Part shown: piece after piece, positions 38,101 to 52,209 of the stretch
How the letters are laid out: each line of letters begins with the position of its first letter
How positions within the stretch are numbered: position 1 is the first letter of the stretch
Source of the DNA: Podarcis cretensis
Lineage: Eukaryota
Assembly: GCA_951804945.1 (NCBI GenBank)
Contig: OX638149.1
Location: forward strand, 101,556,001 to 101,620,000
Direction of reading: 5' to 3'
Length of the DNA stretch: 64,000 nt
Notes under the pieces: generated by a model
What the model saw: only the letters and a program-made list of their open reading frames with translations
Told to the model about the DNA's origin: nothing
Databases searched by the model: none
Position numbers and translations under genes: made by a program

Positions 38101-40805
38101 AATGGTCCAGTTACATTACAAAAGGAGATGATGTGGTAACCACACATGTAAACCTCCGCCTGCAATCTAAATTGATCCAGTCTAGTTACAGGTTTACAAC
38201 CACTATTTGTGAGAACTAGGCTAATTCTGGCACAATCTAAAAGATTTTGGACAGAGATAATTGGCCCTTGGGGTATATATCTCAAGCTTTGTATTCTCTG
38301 CCTGGCTTTATTTTATGTTTTGGTTTTTTTTTAAAAAAAAAACACTTTTAAAGATAAGTAAGTATCTTACTTTTGGATACCAGAATGCAATTAAATGCAG
38401 TGAATTGTTCTGTCAACTTGTTGTGCAGCTAATCCAAAGATACAAACAAGCATCCAACTGAAAGCATGGAACAGAGAACAGTGGAAACAGGTTTTTTCCC
38501 CATGAAGGATCATATGATTTTGAATATGACTTTTGTCTCAGCATATAATACCAAAAACAATGCCCATCAGCCACCACTGTACCACTTTGGTAGTTAATAT
38601 ATTATCATAATTATGCTATTGCAATATTTGTCTTGCAAATAGTTAAATAAACCACGACTCAACCAAGAATACCCAATATTGTTAAAACAGGTTAACAAGC
38701 ATCCAACTCTTCATACTCATGTATCATAGTCACTGATGAGGCTGTTGTTCTCCCGTCAGCAAAACAGTTATTAAAATTACTTGTTTACACCAATATGTGC
38801 TTAGCTAAATCATGTCTCAAACAGAAAACTATTCCTGCCTTGCAGATTTATAATTTTAGAACATTCACAATTAGAACTTTCTTAATTCACAACAGAAAAA
38901 GTCTTTCACAGTAAATGATCCAACATATACATAAAACACCATGATTCACCCTAGATAGGTCTATACAGTATGTCTGAAACACCTAGCATAGCCTCTGAAG
39001 AAGTAGGAAAACAACTTCTCAGAGCTTGTCAGTAATCTCTTTTCATGGGCAGCAAAGAGGATGAGCTTTTAAATTCCTCTGACAACAGGACCTAGCACTT
39101 TAGAATTTTCAGAATGGTGGCTCCTACAATTGTTGTAAAGCAATCATGCCCTTGCACATAGATTTGCAAAGCCAACAAACTCATCCTTCCTCTTCCAGCT
39201 GACTTACTTCTTACCTCACCTCACCTCAGCTTTCATTGTCTGTTGCCATGAGAGCTCACCATTAGACAGCTGGAAGGTTTAGGAATTCTGGTCCTGGCAA
39301 AACTGATCATTGTGAGCTTTTCTCTCAGCAAGAGCCTCTGGACTGTTAAAGAAATCCTTCCCCTGCACTTGGCCTCATGCTGTTGCTAAACTCTTCAAAA
39401 TCACTAAGGCTGGATAGACTTCCTACTTGCCTCTGATGCTTCAAGGACTTCACTCTAAGGGCAGGTATACCTAAGCAGGAGAATTAGATGGAAATGAAGG
39501 AACAGAATGCTGAGGTGGTAAATGGACGGCAACATGAAGGTGGAGAAAATTGCATCCTTAATTTTTAATGCTCCCCCGAATAAATAAAATTTCCTCCTAG
39601 TGTAAATATAGCATCCTACTAACTTCTGCATCCCACTGCATTATATACTGCTATACCAGAAATACACATAGAGTAGGCAGAATTTGTGAATGATGCTCCC
39701 TTCTGAGAAAGTTAATGGACCATTTCCTATTAACAGCAACATTATTGGAAAGAAGGAATTATATTCCCTCCATATTGTTTCCAATCAAAAGTGACATTAA
39801 TAAAGGTGATCCACTGTGCACAATTCTTCCCATGGGTCAGTAAGAGGGCCCCACAAATTTATTCTAGATTTCGGATGAGAAAAGTGTGCCAGCGATGATC
39901 AAATCAATAATGTCATACAGATTTCTTCTTTTTTCGGGGGGGGGGGGTATTGTGGTCATTTGTCATGATTACATTCCCATTTAATTCAGTTTAGAGTCAT
40001 TAATGTTCAATGGTATACTTCAGCATCTTATGTTGCGGCCAATCCTAACTGCATGCAAACCCATCTCAGACTTTACCTTAGCAAAAACTGAGTGTCCCAC
40101 CCTTGCACAAGTAGAAGTGCTTCTCCTAGCACAAAGCCTTCACTGGATGCATTTCATTACATTTACAATTCACAAAAGAAAAGGGACAAATGTCAAAGCT
40201 GGGGAATTTTTGTGGTTTTGTTTTTTTAAAGAATGAAAAAAGCATTTTGATGGATTGAATTGCAGACACGTGCAGTAATTGCTCTATGTAAGGTCAGCAG
40301 AGATGAAAATGAAATAACATTACCATTAGATTAGATGTTAACAAATGATTTAACACGCACACAGAGACATTGTGTGAGTCCTCTACTTGCAGGTGGCTTG
40401 GTTTTTTTATAAATAAAAATTCCCTTTGTCTCTGCAAGGTTAATAGCAAAAAAGCCCAGTTGTATTATATCATGTATTATAACATATGTTTGTATTAAGC
40501 ACATCTTTATAGCAGGTTTTACATGATTCTTTGTGTTCTTTCCCCTAATTGACAGTATTTCTTATGCTGGCTTGTAAGTGGAGAATTATATATTTGTCTT
40601 TAGGTGTTGCTATTTCTTTTTCCTACTGCAGATTTTATCTTCTAATCCAGCTGCTGCTGCTTGGAGTAGAAGGGTTTGCCTTTATGGCTTAGTACTGTTA
40701 ATTTTTCAGAATCTTCTGAATGATCCTTTGCCTACACATTGTTAAACTACAGTGTATCTGAACTACTGGACTTCTAAACAATAACTAGCAACTGAACACT
40801 TCTAC

Positions 40806-41283
40806 TTCCCCTCTTTGCTGCCCCCAGATGTCCCCGACAAGGTTAGTGCCGTTAAATCTGCCACCACCCCAAACAAAACCTATCATTATTGTTTTTAGAA
40901 GGTATGTAGCATTACCCAGTACCGATCCAGTAGTGTATTCATGGTACCCCGTTAGAGGGGTATTGGTGGATGTCCCTGTACAAAAGCCAAATGTGGGGAA
41001 GACAGATCATAGGGCTTCCAACAGTGGCCTTAGTAGATCTACCTCAGTAGATTGGTGTCTTGGGAAGGCCATAATCATTGGCATGACCTTGAAGTAGTTC
41101 CAGTCCTCCAGCAGTAGGCTGGAACATCCACCCAGTGTTTGAGCCAGAGTTCCATCTACACCTGTAATCAATAAAGTTGTGGCCATTTTTTAATCTAGAT
41201 TGTTGTTTGTCTAAGTTTGTACTGTTGCACATCACCATAGTATTCGGCCTGGGGTGGGTGGGTGAACTGTGACTGGGACCACA
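40806..41283 (+). mobile_element. LTR-like repeat related to 69-805
   Basis: Shares ctgtaatcaataaagttgtggcc (41162-41184) exactly with the minus strand of 147-169. Also shares aggcca..tggca.gacc, aggggtatt and the terminal accaca. The 5' boundary is approximate. Confidence 0.65.
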
Positions 41284-44200
41284 ATTGGAATTCCTTTTTA
41301 TAATTCCTCCCACCCACCCACCCACCCCCTTGTAGAGCAACAATACCAAGATGTCTTGGCTCAGTATATGAATGTTTACATCAAAGGCAAATGCATAATA
41401 CAACAAAACAAAGTTTAGGTTTCTTTCTCCATCCCACCCAATGCCTTTGCAATCTTAACAATGGTAAATCCTTCAGGAATCCCTTGTTTAACATAACTAA
41501 TTAATCAGAGATAGAAGGCAAACAAACTGTTGTTTGAAGATAAATGTTCTGTAGATTAACTGCAATGATCAATCAAGTGGGTCAGTTCTACATTTATTTA
41601 TAATACCACTGTTTATCGCACTGAACAATGTCTTCTCTAAAGCCCTTCAGTGTTGTTTATGATTCAAAACTATTGAAGTAGGTGAAAACCATTGAAGTGG
41701 CTCCTCAAAGAGTTATTTCAATAGCCAGACAACAAGTAAGAGAGAGCCTCCCCACAGGGACTCCTTTTATCACATAATCATGTTTACTATCAGGTATTTA
41801 TCATCAGTGCAACCACCAGCCACTTGGGTAACGACATCTTCTAAACCAACAAGGTGCTCAGTATACAACATCTGTGTTGCAGTACCTACCATTTAATTTC
41901 TTCTCTGCTGGAGAAAGTTAACCCTGTGCCCAGTTTATAGGCATCACTTTTTTGTACCCCTTAGACCCATTATTTATGTGGTTATTCTGTATCTTCTAAA
42001 CACTGCAATTTGTCCTGTTTCTTTCTCTTCTATCAACTGCTGCTGTCATCTTATTTTTGGTCTGCTTACACCCTCTCAGTGTTGCTACACAAAATGCTCA
42101 TAGCAATTTAGCAGGTCTTTCAAGGATGCATATTATGTAAGGGAGAATTTGCATGTAAAAGATAATTGAAAATGCTTGATAAATAATGTTCATAACAATT
42201 CTAAAGTTTGTTAGAAGCAGAAGTTTCCTTCTCAGAGTTCCCCAGCAAGTCGGCTAACTGCTGGTTTTAGTTCAAGCTGTGAAGAAATTCAAGGCTGACA
42301 CAAAGAAGGCCCAGTCACTGCCTGGTGGACTCCACTAATTGAGTCAATCTATTTTAGAGCCTGATCCAGGTAATTGAAGTCAGTGGGAGTCTTTGCATTG
42401 ACTTTGAAGGAGACTCTTTCTTGCTTAAACAGGAAAAGTAGTTCTTTTAACAAACAAAGTTTGTGGTTCCTATAACTCTAGCCTGATAACTGTTAATTAT
42501 ACGGATAATATTAAATGCATGTAGTGCTAAAACTAATTATTTAGTAGTTAAAACAGAGTACTGAGAATATGCACATCTGGTTGCAAATGTTAACTTTTTA
42601 ATGATTAAAATATTCACTTGGGGCAGGTAAGATAACTTATGAATAAGGGTGAACTAATTTAACAGACACGAATGGTTAAATGATCATTTATTTCAACTGG
42701 GACAAACAGACATTATGGTTCTTCAACTTAAAACAAAGGTCATTATCTTTAATTTGTAAAGTTCCTGAACAGTGTTAATAATTTAGAATAAAGGGTGTTG
42801 AAGATCAGATTTTTTTAACTAGATCCCAGCTCTTATGGTGTAAGCTTTCGCTGCCAATTTAATTAGATTATTTTTTTTTTGTATGCCGCCTTGACCTGTT
42901 AAGATTCATAATGAAAAAATCGAGATAAATGTTGCTAAGTTAATATAAAGTGCAAGAAACATGCTATAGATTAGATGAGGACCACAAAGCTGCAGGAGGG
43001 TGTGAGGCAGACTTAGAGGGCAATCCTATGCATGAGTTCAGTGACTTGCAAGGAAATGGTGGAAGATTGCAGGCTTAATTGGATTAGTCTCTCTAATTTA
43101 GCATACCATGTCAAGTGCAGCTCTAAAGCTGTTTTTGTAGTACAGTAATGATTTATACCATATGCCTGCCTGTGATGGTACTTAGATGATTCCTTTGTCA
43201 CAGGCACACTATAATCTTGGTAGACAGCAACAAAAATACAAAGGCAGATTACCACATACAAAGATGTCCTGTGAACCACCCTTCAGTTTTCTTATATGGT
43301 GATAAACAAAAAAGAAGGTATGTAATCATAAAGACTCTTTTGTCCCAAACTACTCCCATCATATTTTACTCTGAGAGATATATGATAGCAGTATAATAGA
43401 TACAAGAACAGCCTTCTTTCACTTGATGTATAATATATCATCGGCTTCTTCAGAGCTAAGCAGCAACAGAGGGAACAAGAAAGTACTGTATACAAACTTG
43501 CAGTTTTTCTTTAAAATGATCAACAGTGTAGTTGTATTTGACATGTATTTATCACCTGGGCAGGCCAAAAAGAGATTTATTAAGACAAGATTTCCGTGGA
43601 AGTGCAAACAATAAATAAAACATTGGGCAGGAAAATGTCACAGGGTTTTAGCCCTTGCTTTAATGCCTGAAGCTTTGTTTTCCATTAAAGAAATATCAGT
43701 TGTTAAAAGTTATTGCTGTTCCAGTAAACATCGTTCAGCATTTGTTAATATCCCTAATGCTTAAAGATGGATCCTTCTAACCAATGTTTCATCCTCAGAC
43801 AGTGAATATAGGCAGACAACCTATCACAGAGTGCATGCAACTCAGACCCGCACATCTTGTTATCCACCAAGTCAAGCACAGCTCAGGAGCACTGTAGTTT
43901 GGCCTGTCAGTTGTTTGACAATTCCCCAGACAGACAGCAAATCTGGGTTTATTGAGCTCCTGCTGGACTATCTTCAGCTTGGTGGGTCACAAGTTCAGCA
44001 AACCTGATGCAACTACTTGGGAAGTAAGTCATCTTCATTAATGCTGCCTGGTGGTAAGGACAATTTTACCACTGCCCTACTTCCTTATATTTTTGATCCA
44101 GTAAAATTTCCCTCACCACTTTGTGGGATGAGACAGATTACAATAGGTTATATGCATGTTATTCTTCATTACCACTTGGTAAAAATGCATCTTGCAACTA

Positions 44201-45001
44201 TACAGCACCCTTTAAGACACCCACAACTCAGCATTTGATGTGCAAACCAGCTAGCTTTTGAAGTTCTAAAACGTTAATGCTGCCTTTTTATGCTGCCCTT
44301 CTGATATTTCATTTCATTTTGTGTGTTTTTGTGTGGTATATCCAATTACATCTTGTGATTCATCTTATTGTTAACTCATTTGGGGCAGTAAGGAGCCAGG
44401 AACAAGACAGAAGTCAGGACCAAAGAGCAAGCTAGAAGCAAAAGGCAAAGAGGAGGTAGAATCAAGGAGCAAGACATAAGTCAGGGCTTGAAGGGCAAGG
44501 TCAGAGGCTGCCCACAGCTAGGCCTCCAGGCAGTTCGATCAATGGTAAACACAGGTGGGTGAGAGGAAAACAGCTGGCTGAGTGGGATGCTCTCACCCTC
44601 CCCAGCACGTTATGAAGAAGAAAAGTCAGGGAGGGAGGCCCAGCCTCAGTAGTAGCTTATTCTTGAAAGGAAAATATATTTACAAATTGAGACACTGCCT
44701 CAGTGTAGGAGACACAGCAGGAACCAACAGCAGGAAACACTTTCTGGGTTGCAAGCTCAGCGGTGAGCCAGGAAATCCAGGAATGGGTATTGAGGGAAGA
44801 GTGAAGGGAGAAAGAAATTGCATAGTACCCCAAGGATAGCTAAATGATGATAAGAGTCCCAGTCCTCTTATACTAGGAGCCATGGACACATCAAGGCCTC
44901 TCTGAAGGAAAGACAATGTTTGGGGGTTCTGAAGGTGATCATAAATTGGCTGCTCATTTTGGGGGGTGGGGGTATAATCCAGGACAAGAATGATTCTCTA
45001 C

Positions 45002-45078
45002 GAACATAAGAAAAGTGTGCCGGATCAGGCCAATGGCCCATCTCATCCAGCATCTTATTTTCACAGTTGCCAACCAGA
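45002..45078 (-). mobile_element. CR1 LINE 3' terminus
   Basis: gaacataagaa...ggatcaggccaatggcccatct..tccagcatc...cacagttgccaaccaga is the antisense of a CR1 3' end. Confidence 0.8.
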
Positions 45079-45459
45079 ATGAAAATAATTCTGTACCTTA
45101 AAAAAATAGCTGAAGAGCTATTTAAGGAATATAAATGAGCAGAGAGAGCAGGTAGGACAGTTAGGAATAAGGGACTCAGCACCAAGTGACTCAACTGACA
45201 ATATATTCAAGAAAACTGAACCTCCATGGTCTAAGTCTCTGTTCCTTCTGTATAGCATGGGTTGAAGACAGCAGAAGGGAAGGGCATCTGACTGACCATT
45301 AGGTGGACTTTCAGTGTACTTCAGAAAGGCCTTCTAATTCAGGTGCTGGCGAATTTACAATTGGAGCCAACACATGAAGTGAGTTGTTCAAGTGCAGTCA
45401 CCACATTTTCATGGCAACTGTCATTTTTTCCAAAGAAGGACTTGTGTTATAACCATATC

Positions 45460-46215
45460 CTCTAGATGGGTTTTTGCTTCCCACTGAAGCAGCAAGATCA
45501 CATATTGGGAGTACTCCTAGATCAAACACTGCTCTGGGGACTCAGACGAGGCAGCAGTGACCATGACAGCCTAAATGAGCAGGTGCCTCCTTTATTCGTG
45601 CTCTTGTCACTTCCAGGTCAGAATACTGCATTGCAGTCTGCATGGGATTGTCCTTGAAAAGCAAGAGTTGTGGCTTCCTGAGTTCTGCATGGAGACAGAA
45701 GTCTGGGTTGTTTTATACTGATCCTTTGACAGCTACACTGGTTTGCCCATTCCCCACCTCCGGCTTTAATGCAGGGGGCTGGCTCTCACCTTTAAAGTCT
45801 TGAATGGCTTGAGGTCACAGTATCTCAGGGAACATGACCAGTCATACAGTATAAGCCTGACTGAGAGCCAGGTTCTTCTTCAAAGGCCTTTTCTGCATCC
45901 CCTCGTGGCTGAATGTATGGTGGTGAACACTGAATACAAGATATTTTCAGGTACAACGCCCAGAATCCAGGATAGCCTCCAGAGAGGGATGTGTCTGCTC
46001 TCATTGGTGCTCATTTTGCAATGGAAAGCAAAAGCAGTTAAAGATCAGCAAGGTGTTTCAGGTTATTGGTTTTAAACAAGGACTTTACTACTGCTGCTAC
46101 ACTTATAAATTTGTTATAAACCTATTTTGGCTTCATCTTATTTGACTGTGTTTTGTTGATTTATGGCTTGGGGAGATTGTTAGTCACCTTGATTATTTTC
46201 ATAAAAAGACAGCAC
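45460..46215 (+). mobile_element. Old L2 LINE 3' portion
   Basis: Decayed peptides LPLKQQDHILGVLLD and FKVLNGLRSQYLRE parallel the 29.4-30.4 kb copy. Confidence 0.7.
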
Positions 46216-47589
46216 AAATGTATTAGAAATACATAAAATATAAATGATATGTGTGAGAGGAAAACACCATAGTTTAAAAAAGAAGGCGAGGGCCACTGGT
46301 GAATGGCACAGAATCTGTGTAGAGGAGCCAAGGCCAGTACAGTGTAGAAATGGTAGCATGTCAGGAACATGCCAAGATCTCAGGCATTTCTGCTGTGAAA
46401 TTTTATGGGTACCTTGATGGCAATTTTAATAATTAATCCATAAGGCGAGCAAAAGCTCTCACCTCATCATCATTTATAGGCTGCTGTAATACAATATGGC
46501 AGTTTCAGTTTCATGGTTTGGACAGGTCAGCAAAACTAAATTTGGAATTAACCCAATGGTTAATTGCAGAAAGATAGCTGCAAAGACACTGCAGTCTGTT
46601 CTAAGCACAAAGCATTCATGTGGCTCAGAAAACTCAGGAGTCCAGAATTAGCTTTTTGAGTTCTTCAACTGACCTTTCTAAATATTATTAAGCAATTACT
46701 TGTATTTCTGTTTCTAGCTGTGAAGCAAAATATCCCCCATTTGTTGTCTTTATTTCCAAGAAACATGTTTTACTATGTGAATAACTGAAATTACATCATG
46801 TAGTTCATCACCATTCAGGTAATAAATGCAAAACTGATGCTACAAAATGTTTAAAACTACAAGAACAAAAAAAGAAGGGACAAGTATGAGGAGCAGATAT
46901 GAAGCACAGATGTGTGTTCTGTCCTGCTTGAATGTGGAAAATTGGATACAGGGTAGGGACAGGGAAAAGAATTGATCTGAAATGACATATGGGCTAAAGG
47001 TGGAAGAAGCCCTTTCGTAAGGTCAAAATGGGATCACAGCTTAGTTCTTGTTAAAAAGAGAGCGAGAAAGAAACCAGTTTCTGGCAGCTTTGAGATATGC
47101 TTTTTTTCCTGATTTTTTTCCCCTTTTGTTTGTTTACTATTTCTTGTTTTGCTTTGTAATTGAGTTTGTGGAGGGGGCAACACTTTAAAATAGAAGACTA
47201 TGAACATGCAAAACACATCTCGGCAATTCTTGATGATAATCAGTCTTCTTTGATGTTTATTTCCTTGCCCCTCCATCTTCTTCCAATCAGCCATTTAAAA
47301 CTTGCTATCAATAAACTTAGTTCTGATTAGGGTAGTCCAAAAGCAGGGTTTTCAGCATATATGTTCTTAGATTTGATGCAACTGTTAACAAACCCTTGAA
47401 GAGTCAGTAATGCAAAAATGCAGTAACAGTTTCTTACACACACAACTTGGACCCACCAACAAATAAAAGTCTTTGGCTCTAACCTGAATAAAAGTCTCTG
47501 AATCTTTTTGATGCTATTGTATGTTTTTCTTCCTAAATGTAATGGAGAAGCTTTGATCCTGCCTGGTTGTTTTGTTGCTGCACTGTTCT

Positions 47590-47901
47590 GAGCCAAGCCA
47601 TGGTTTAGCTTAGCTTGTCATCCAAACCTGGTGTTGTTGTTTTGTTCTCACTGACAAACCATGTGCTGTAAACCATAGGACAAGCCTTTATTACCCTTCT
47701 TGGTTTGTCTATAAACCATTAAATCATGAATCCTGGTTCATATTATAGGCTAAGTCAAACTAGAGTTTAGTTCAGCACAGTGGAGTTGCAAAAAAATGAT
47801 TGGGGAGAGCAAAGCAGCCACAATCTCCTCTCTGGCAGCCCACACATTTGTTCGTTCATATTAAGCCATGGTTTGACTTAGCATTATGTGCAAATTGGGC
47901 C
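47590..47901. mobile_element. Probable PIF/Harbinger-like MITE remnant
   Basis: Repeated agccatggttt..cttagc / aaaccat motifs, ending gcaaattgggcc. Confidence 0.45.
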
Positions 47902-49829
47902 ATTGTTTAAGACCCAACACTAGACTCTTAAAAATGAATTATTCAATGTGTTCATGACTTGGGAAGAGGTGGAAACCGGCTATTTAAGCCTGCTCTGCCC
48001 ACACTCTTCCTTAGACACCTGCCCTCCAATCCTTTGCTGTATATGCTGTTTGCTAGTTGCCCTTTTCCAAAGGGGTAAGTAGGTTGTTCTTATTGTTGTT
48101 AAAAAAGATCCGATAGGCTCAGGGTCTTTTCTTTTTCACCTACTTTACACAGAAGGATACAGAGAATGGTCGCCATGTCTCTCAGCTCAGAAATGGTGCC
48201 TAATATAGGTATGTGTTCACATCTCTATTCTATGAAATGAACAAAAAAAATTAAAGACTACCTCTGGAGTTCTTCAGGGGGAAAAATACAACACCACCTT
48301 TCAGAGCTGGCTGTGACAACCAGATTAGATTCAGCGGCAGAAAACTCTGAATTGTGAATGTTTACAAAGAGAGACAAAAAGGAGGTGGGGGAAAAACACT
48401 AACGGTGTAGAGTGGAAAATGTCAATGTAGGGACTTTTTTATTCTTCTGTCAGTCACCCTGTATCATGTAAGACATTTATTCATTACACCTTTATGCTCC
48501 TGAGAATGGAGGGTTTCGATTGAGATTCCCGAAGACATCCAAACCCTTTCAACATTTAAAGTACATAAACTGCATCCAAACACTCACAGTTTAGCATCTT
48601 CACCTGTACACCGCACTACAGGGAACCATGCATTATGTAGACCCCATACAAAGCAGGGTCCCAAAACACAGAGAAAGTCTGCACAGGCCCATCCTCACAG
48701 CTGCATTCTAAATTGATTATCATCATATACAAGAAAAATAATAGAATCTAAAAGCATTGCTGATCAAAATTTCACTCCCGTGTCAGAGAGAAAAATCTAA
48801 AGAGGGCAAAAATAATGCTAGAATATTGATTCATTAAAAGCATGTAAAGAATGCTGTGATAAGGATTTCTTAAAACACTCTTTCTCCTGCAGTCAAAATG
48901 CAGCACACAAAAATATCCTAAGGAAAGATTGTAACACCCTGTGTCATTGTTACATACAAGAAAGGCACTGATTTTTAGCAGCACTTCCTCCTTCCTTCCT
49001 TTCTTTCTGAAATGCGTACAAATGTGATTCCTTGCATAAGAGAAAAACAAAGCTCTGTGACCTCCCCCAGGTTGCAGTAAATGATTGGCAGTACAGAAAC
49101 CCTCCACTTTTATTTGATATAGTTAATAATTTTGACCCTTAATGATCTGTAGCAGGTTTCAGAGCAGTCTTCTATATTCAGGAGAAAGGGTTATACAACC
49201 TTGCAGAATCATTTCCTCCAACCAGGAAATTGTGAACAAGAAGTTCAACCGGAGGCCATGTGCTCACATAAATGAATTCTCCTTCCCAGCTAGTGGTGGT
49301 ACTTTTCATGTGCAGAGAGCCACTTGCAACAGCTTGTATACTGACATCAAACAGTATTTTGAAATGTTACCTCTTTCCCCAGTATTCTACTTCGTAAGTA
49401 TAACTCAGGTCCTTGACAGTCAAACACCTTCATACCTAGGATGTGGTTTAATGAATTTGCTTTCCCTCAGCCCATTACATTTATTGCAGCAAGAAAAAAT
49501 GTACAGAAACTATAAGAGAATCATAATGGACTAGAGTACGAATAAGCTAAACTGGGATTTCAGCTCCATACCAATTCAGAGAGGGAAATGTATTTCTTTT
49601 ACAGGTTATAAAATAGGAAAGATAGAATGAAGACTTCGGGAAAATAAAATGTAAATAGGAAAAGACAAGATGAGAACATGAACTCATACTGAATATTTTA
49701 TATATATATATTTACAGTCTTGCAATGCTGGGTAAAATTACCACTTGTCTGTTCAGCAGAAGTCAATTTTATATGCTCATACAGAACCAGCCATCAGCCA
49801 ATCACAAGGGCTCCTCTATAGAGGCTTTT

Positions 49830-50045
49830 GCTAAGTATCTAATATCTAGTGGCCCCCTTAGGAAGATCATTCCATAATACCGATGCCACAACCAAGAAGG
49901 CTCTGTGGAAACCCATTGTACTTCCATCAGTGTGTGAACATAGCAGGACCTCTGATGTTGCATATAATGCACAGGGAAGGATTTGTACAAAGTCATAAAC
50001 CCAAGTCCCAAGCTATTTAAGGCCTTTAAGAGAAGAGGCAACTCA
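49830..50045 (-). mobile_element. Old L2 fragment
   Basis: Minus-strand KALNSLGLGF matches KALNGLGPGY. A degenerate AFxVVAxxLWNxLP stretch follows. Confidence 0.6.
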
Positions 50046-50394
50046 AACTGAGTACAACATTTTCTAGGTTACGATTGAAGATTCACTTTCACCCATGCCC
50101 AAAAATGTATGGAATAGTAAAATAAGCTCTTGCCTTAACTTCCACATCTTGTAAATGCAAATATGTTCTACCCTTTTCGAGTGGGATTCAGCTAGCAAGT
50201 CCCATCAGTGGAAGGCCACACAAAGATTTCCACTTGTGCAATGGGGCTTCCAGTAGTTGCTGTGGGTGAGCTGAAAAGTGTGAAGGCTGTAGTTCACACT
50301 TTTTCAGACAACAGAATTTGCAGTATGTTGAAAAAGGCAGGCATCTTACCTATAGAGCCCCCTTTCCAATGAACAAATAGGAGTGTGCTTAGGA

Positions 50395-50520
50395 TTCCTA
50401 GTTTTATTCTCACAACAGCCCTATAAAGAAGTCTAGGCTGATATATAAGGGACTGGCTTTCTGACAGAGCAGAGATGTGAACCCAGATCATTCCAAGCAA
50501 AGTTCATTATGACACTCTGG
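50395..50520 (-). mobile_element. Old CORE/MIR-like SINE remnant
   Basis: ttttattctcacaacagccct...gagcagagatgtgaacccaga. Confidence 0.5.
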
Positions 50521-52067
50521 CCCATGCAACTATCTGCATAATGGATCACACTACAAGTACCATGCTAGTAAGCCTGTCCCATGTGGATTTCTAGGATGGA
50601 TGCAACCCAGTCTTGCCCAAAGGGTGGAAGTTGCAGAAATCACCAACTTACCAGGAGAGTAGCAACTCCAGAGACAGCAAAGGTTAAGCACAACGCATTT
50701 GGTGCATGTTTGTCTTTTTGCTGTGAAAGCTGCAGCAGCAAATTAAACTCTCAAACAGTGCCACTAAAACAAGTAAGATTACTCCAGAGCTACTCATTTG
50801 TGAACTGCTCCTTGATTCTCTTCCAGTATTCTATAATGAAACCCATTCTCAGACCTCGAACATAGATGGAGTGTTAACCATTCATAAATAAAGCACACAC
50901 CTTGATGTGCTGTTGCATGAGTAAAGATTCTTCCAGGGCAGATAATCCCCAGCTGCTGAATGTGAGCTAGTGGTAGAGAGAAAATATTAAATACCATGCA
51001 TCAGTGTTTCCTTATCACTTCCCCCTGTGGCATACAGATCACAGTGATGATAAAATACTTTCCTTTGACAGATTGTTTCATGTTTCCTTGCAGTGTGATG
51101 AATTAAGCATAAATATGACCTTGCAGTGGTACATGGCAAATAAAGAAAACAAAAACAAGCAGCAGTATCCACTGCTGAAATGAAGAGGTCTCAGTTGCTG
51201 CCAGGGGACCGTCTTCAGAGCTTTTATCCTGAAAATATCATCTACATTTATGCACACATCAATCAGCGGCATAATATGTGGCTATCTATACCAACATCAC
51301 CCTTGGTTATTTAAGTGGATTGTGTTAAAAAGAATAGAAGATCAGCAGAGTTGATAGCTAGCTAGCTGGTGGTAGTTTCTGATGTCTCAGATACAGTTTT
51401 CCACCTTGATTTACTCAGCTCTGTGGGATGCAGGATCAAGTAATTCTACTTCCCTTCTTCAGGCCAGGCTGCATAATGACAACAAGCTGTTAGTTCTCTT
51501 GGGAGGCAGGCTGAATAGGCATCATTACTTTCACTTGCAAAAATTATAAACCGTTCTCCCAAAGAGTAATTTTCAGTTATGTGGAAAACAATACAGCTAT
51601 TTAAATTGTTATTTCTGTCAGAGACCACCCTTTGTCTAGTCCTCCATAATTCAATTCTCTCCTCCCACAACATATAATCTGATCTGACAAATAAACCCAT
51701 CAGGCAGAGCCGGCAATGAATAAAAATCGCAATTACGGAATGCAAGTAAATTGTACGAATACCAACAACACAGTTTTCGCGCCCCACCCCCTTACCACTT
51801 CAAAGGTATGGACTTGAAACTGGCTTTTTACTGCATGTAGCATTTGCAAGCTTTGGCTTTGTGTCTAAAGAGAATGTTCAACATGGAAACTCTAAAAGGG
51901 AACCTACCCAAAAGAGACAAGCTCTTACATGTCACCCTTGCAGAGTCACCACCAAGGGAAGCACACTGATAGCGGGTGAGAAATCTGGAACTGGATTCAA
52001 TATAAAATAGTTTGTCACAGATTTGTCTGCCACATATGCAAATGGCAATTTGGTGGGAAGGGCTTAA

Positions 52068-52200
52068 GTGGGGATGGGGAACCTGTGGTCCTTTGGACCA
52101 GCTTTAATTGGTCCTAGGCAGCATGACCAATGGGCAGGGGTGATGGGAGTTATAATCCAACAACGAGGGTGGGGGTGGGGTGGGGGTACAGGTTACGCAT
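52068..52200. mobile_element. hAT MITE remnant
   Basis: gggatggggaacctgtgg...ggtgatgggagttataatccaacaac resembles 5294-5428. Confidence 0.55.
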
Positions 52201-52209
52201 TCCTGGGCT

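Noticed and set aside
38993-39025. CTGAAGA...GAAA suggestive of a second hammerhead
   Set aside because: Only 5 nt separate the boxes, with no stem II, and there is no stem I/III or Penelope context.
49142-49534. 130-aa ORF
   Set aside because: No recognisable homology, codon bias or splice context.
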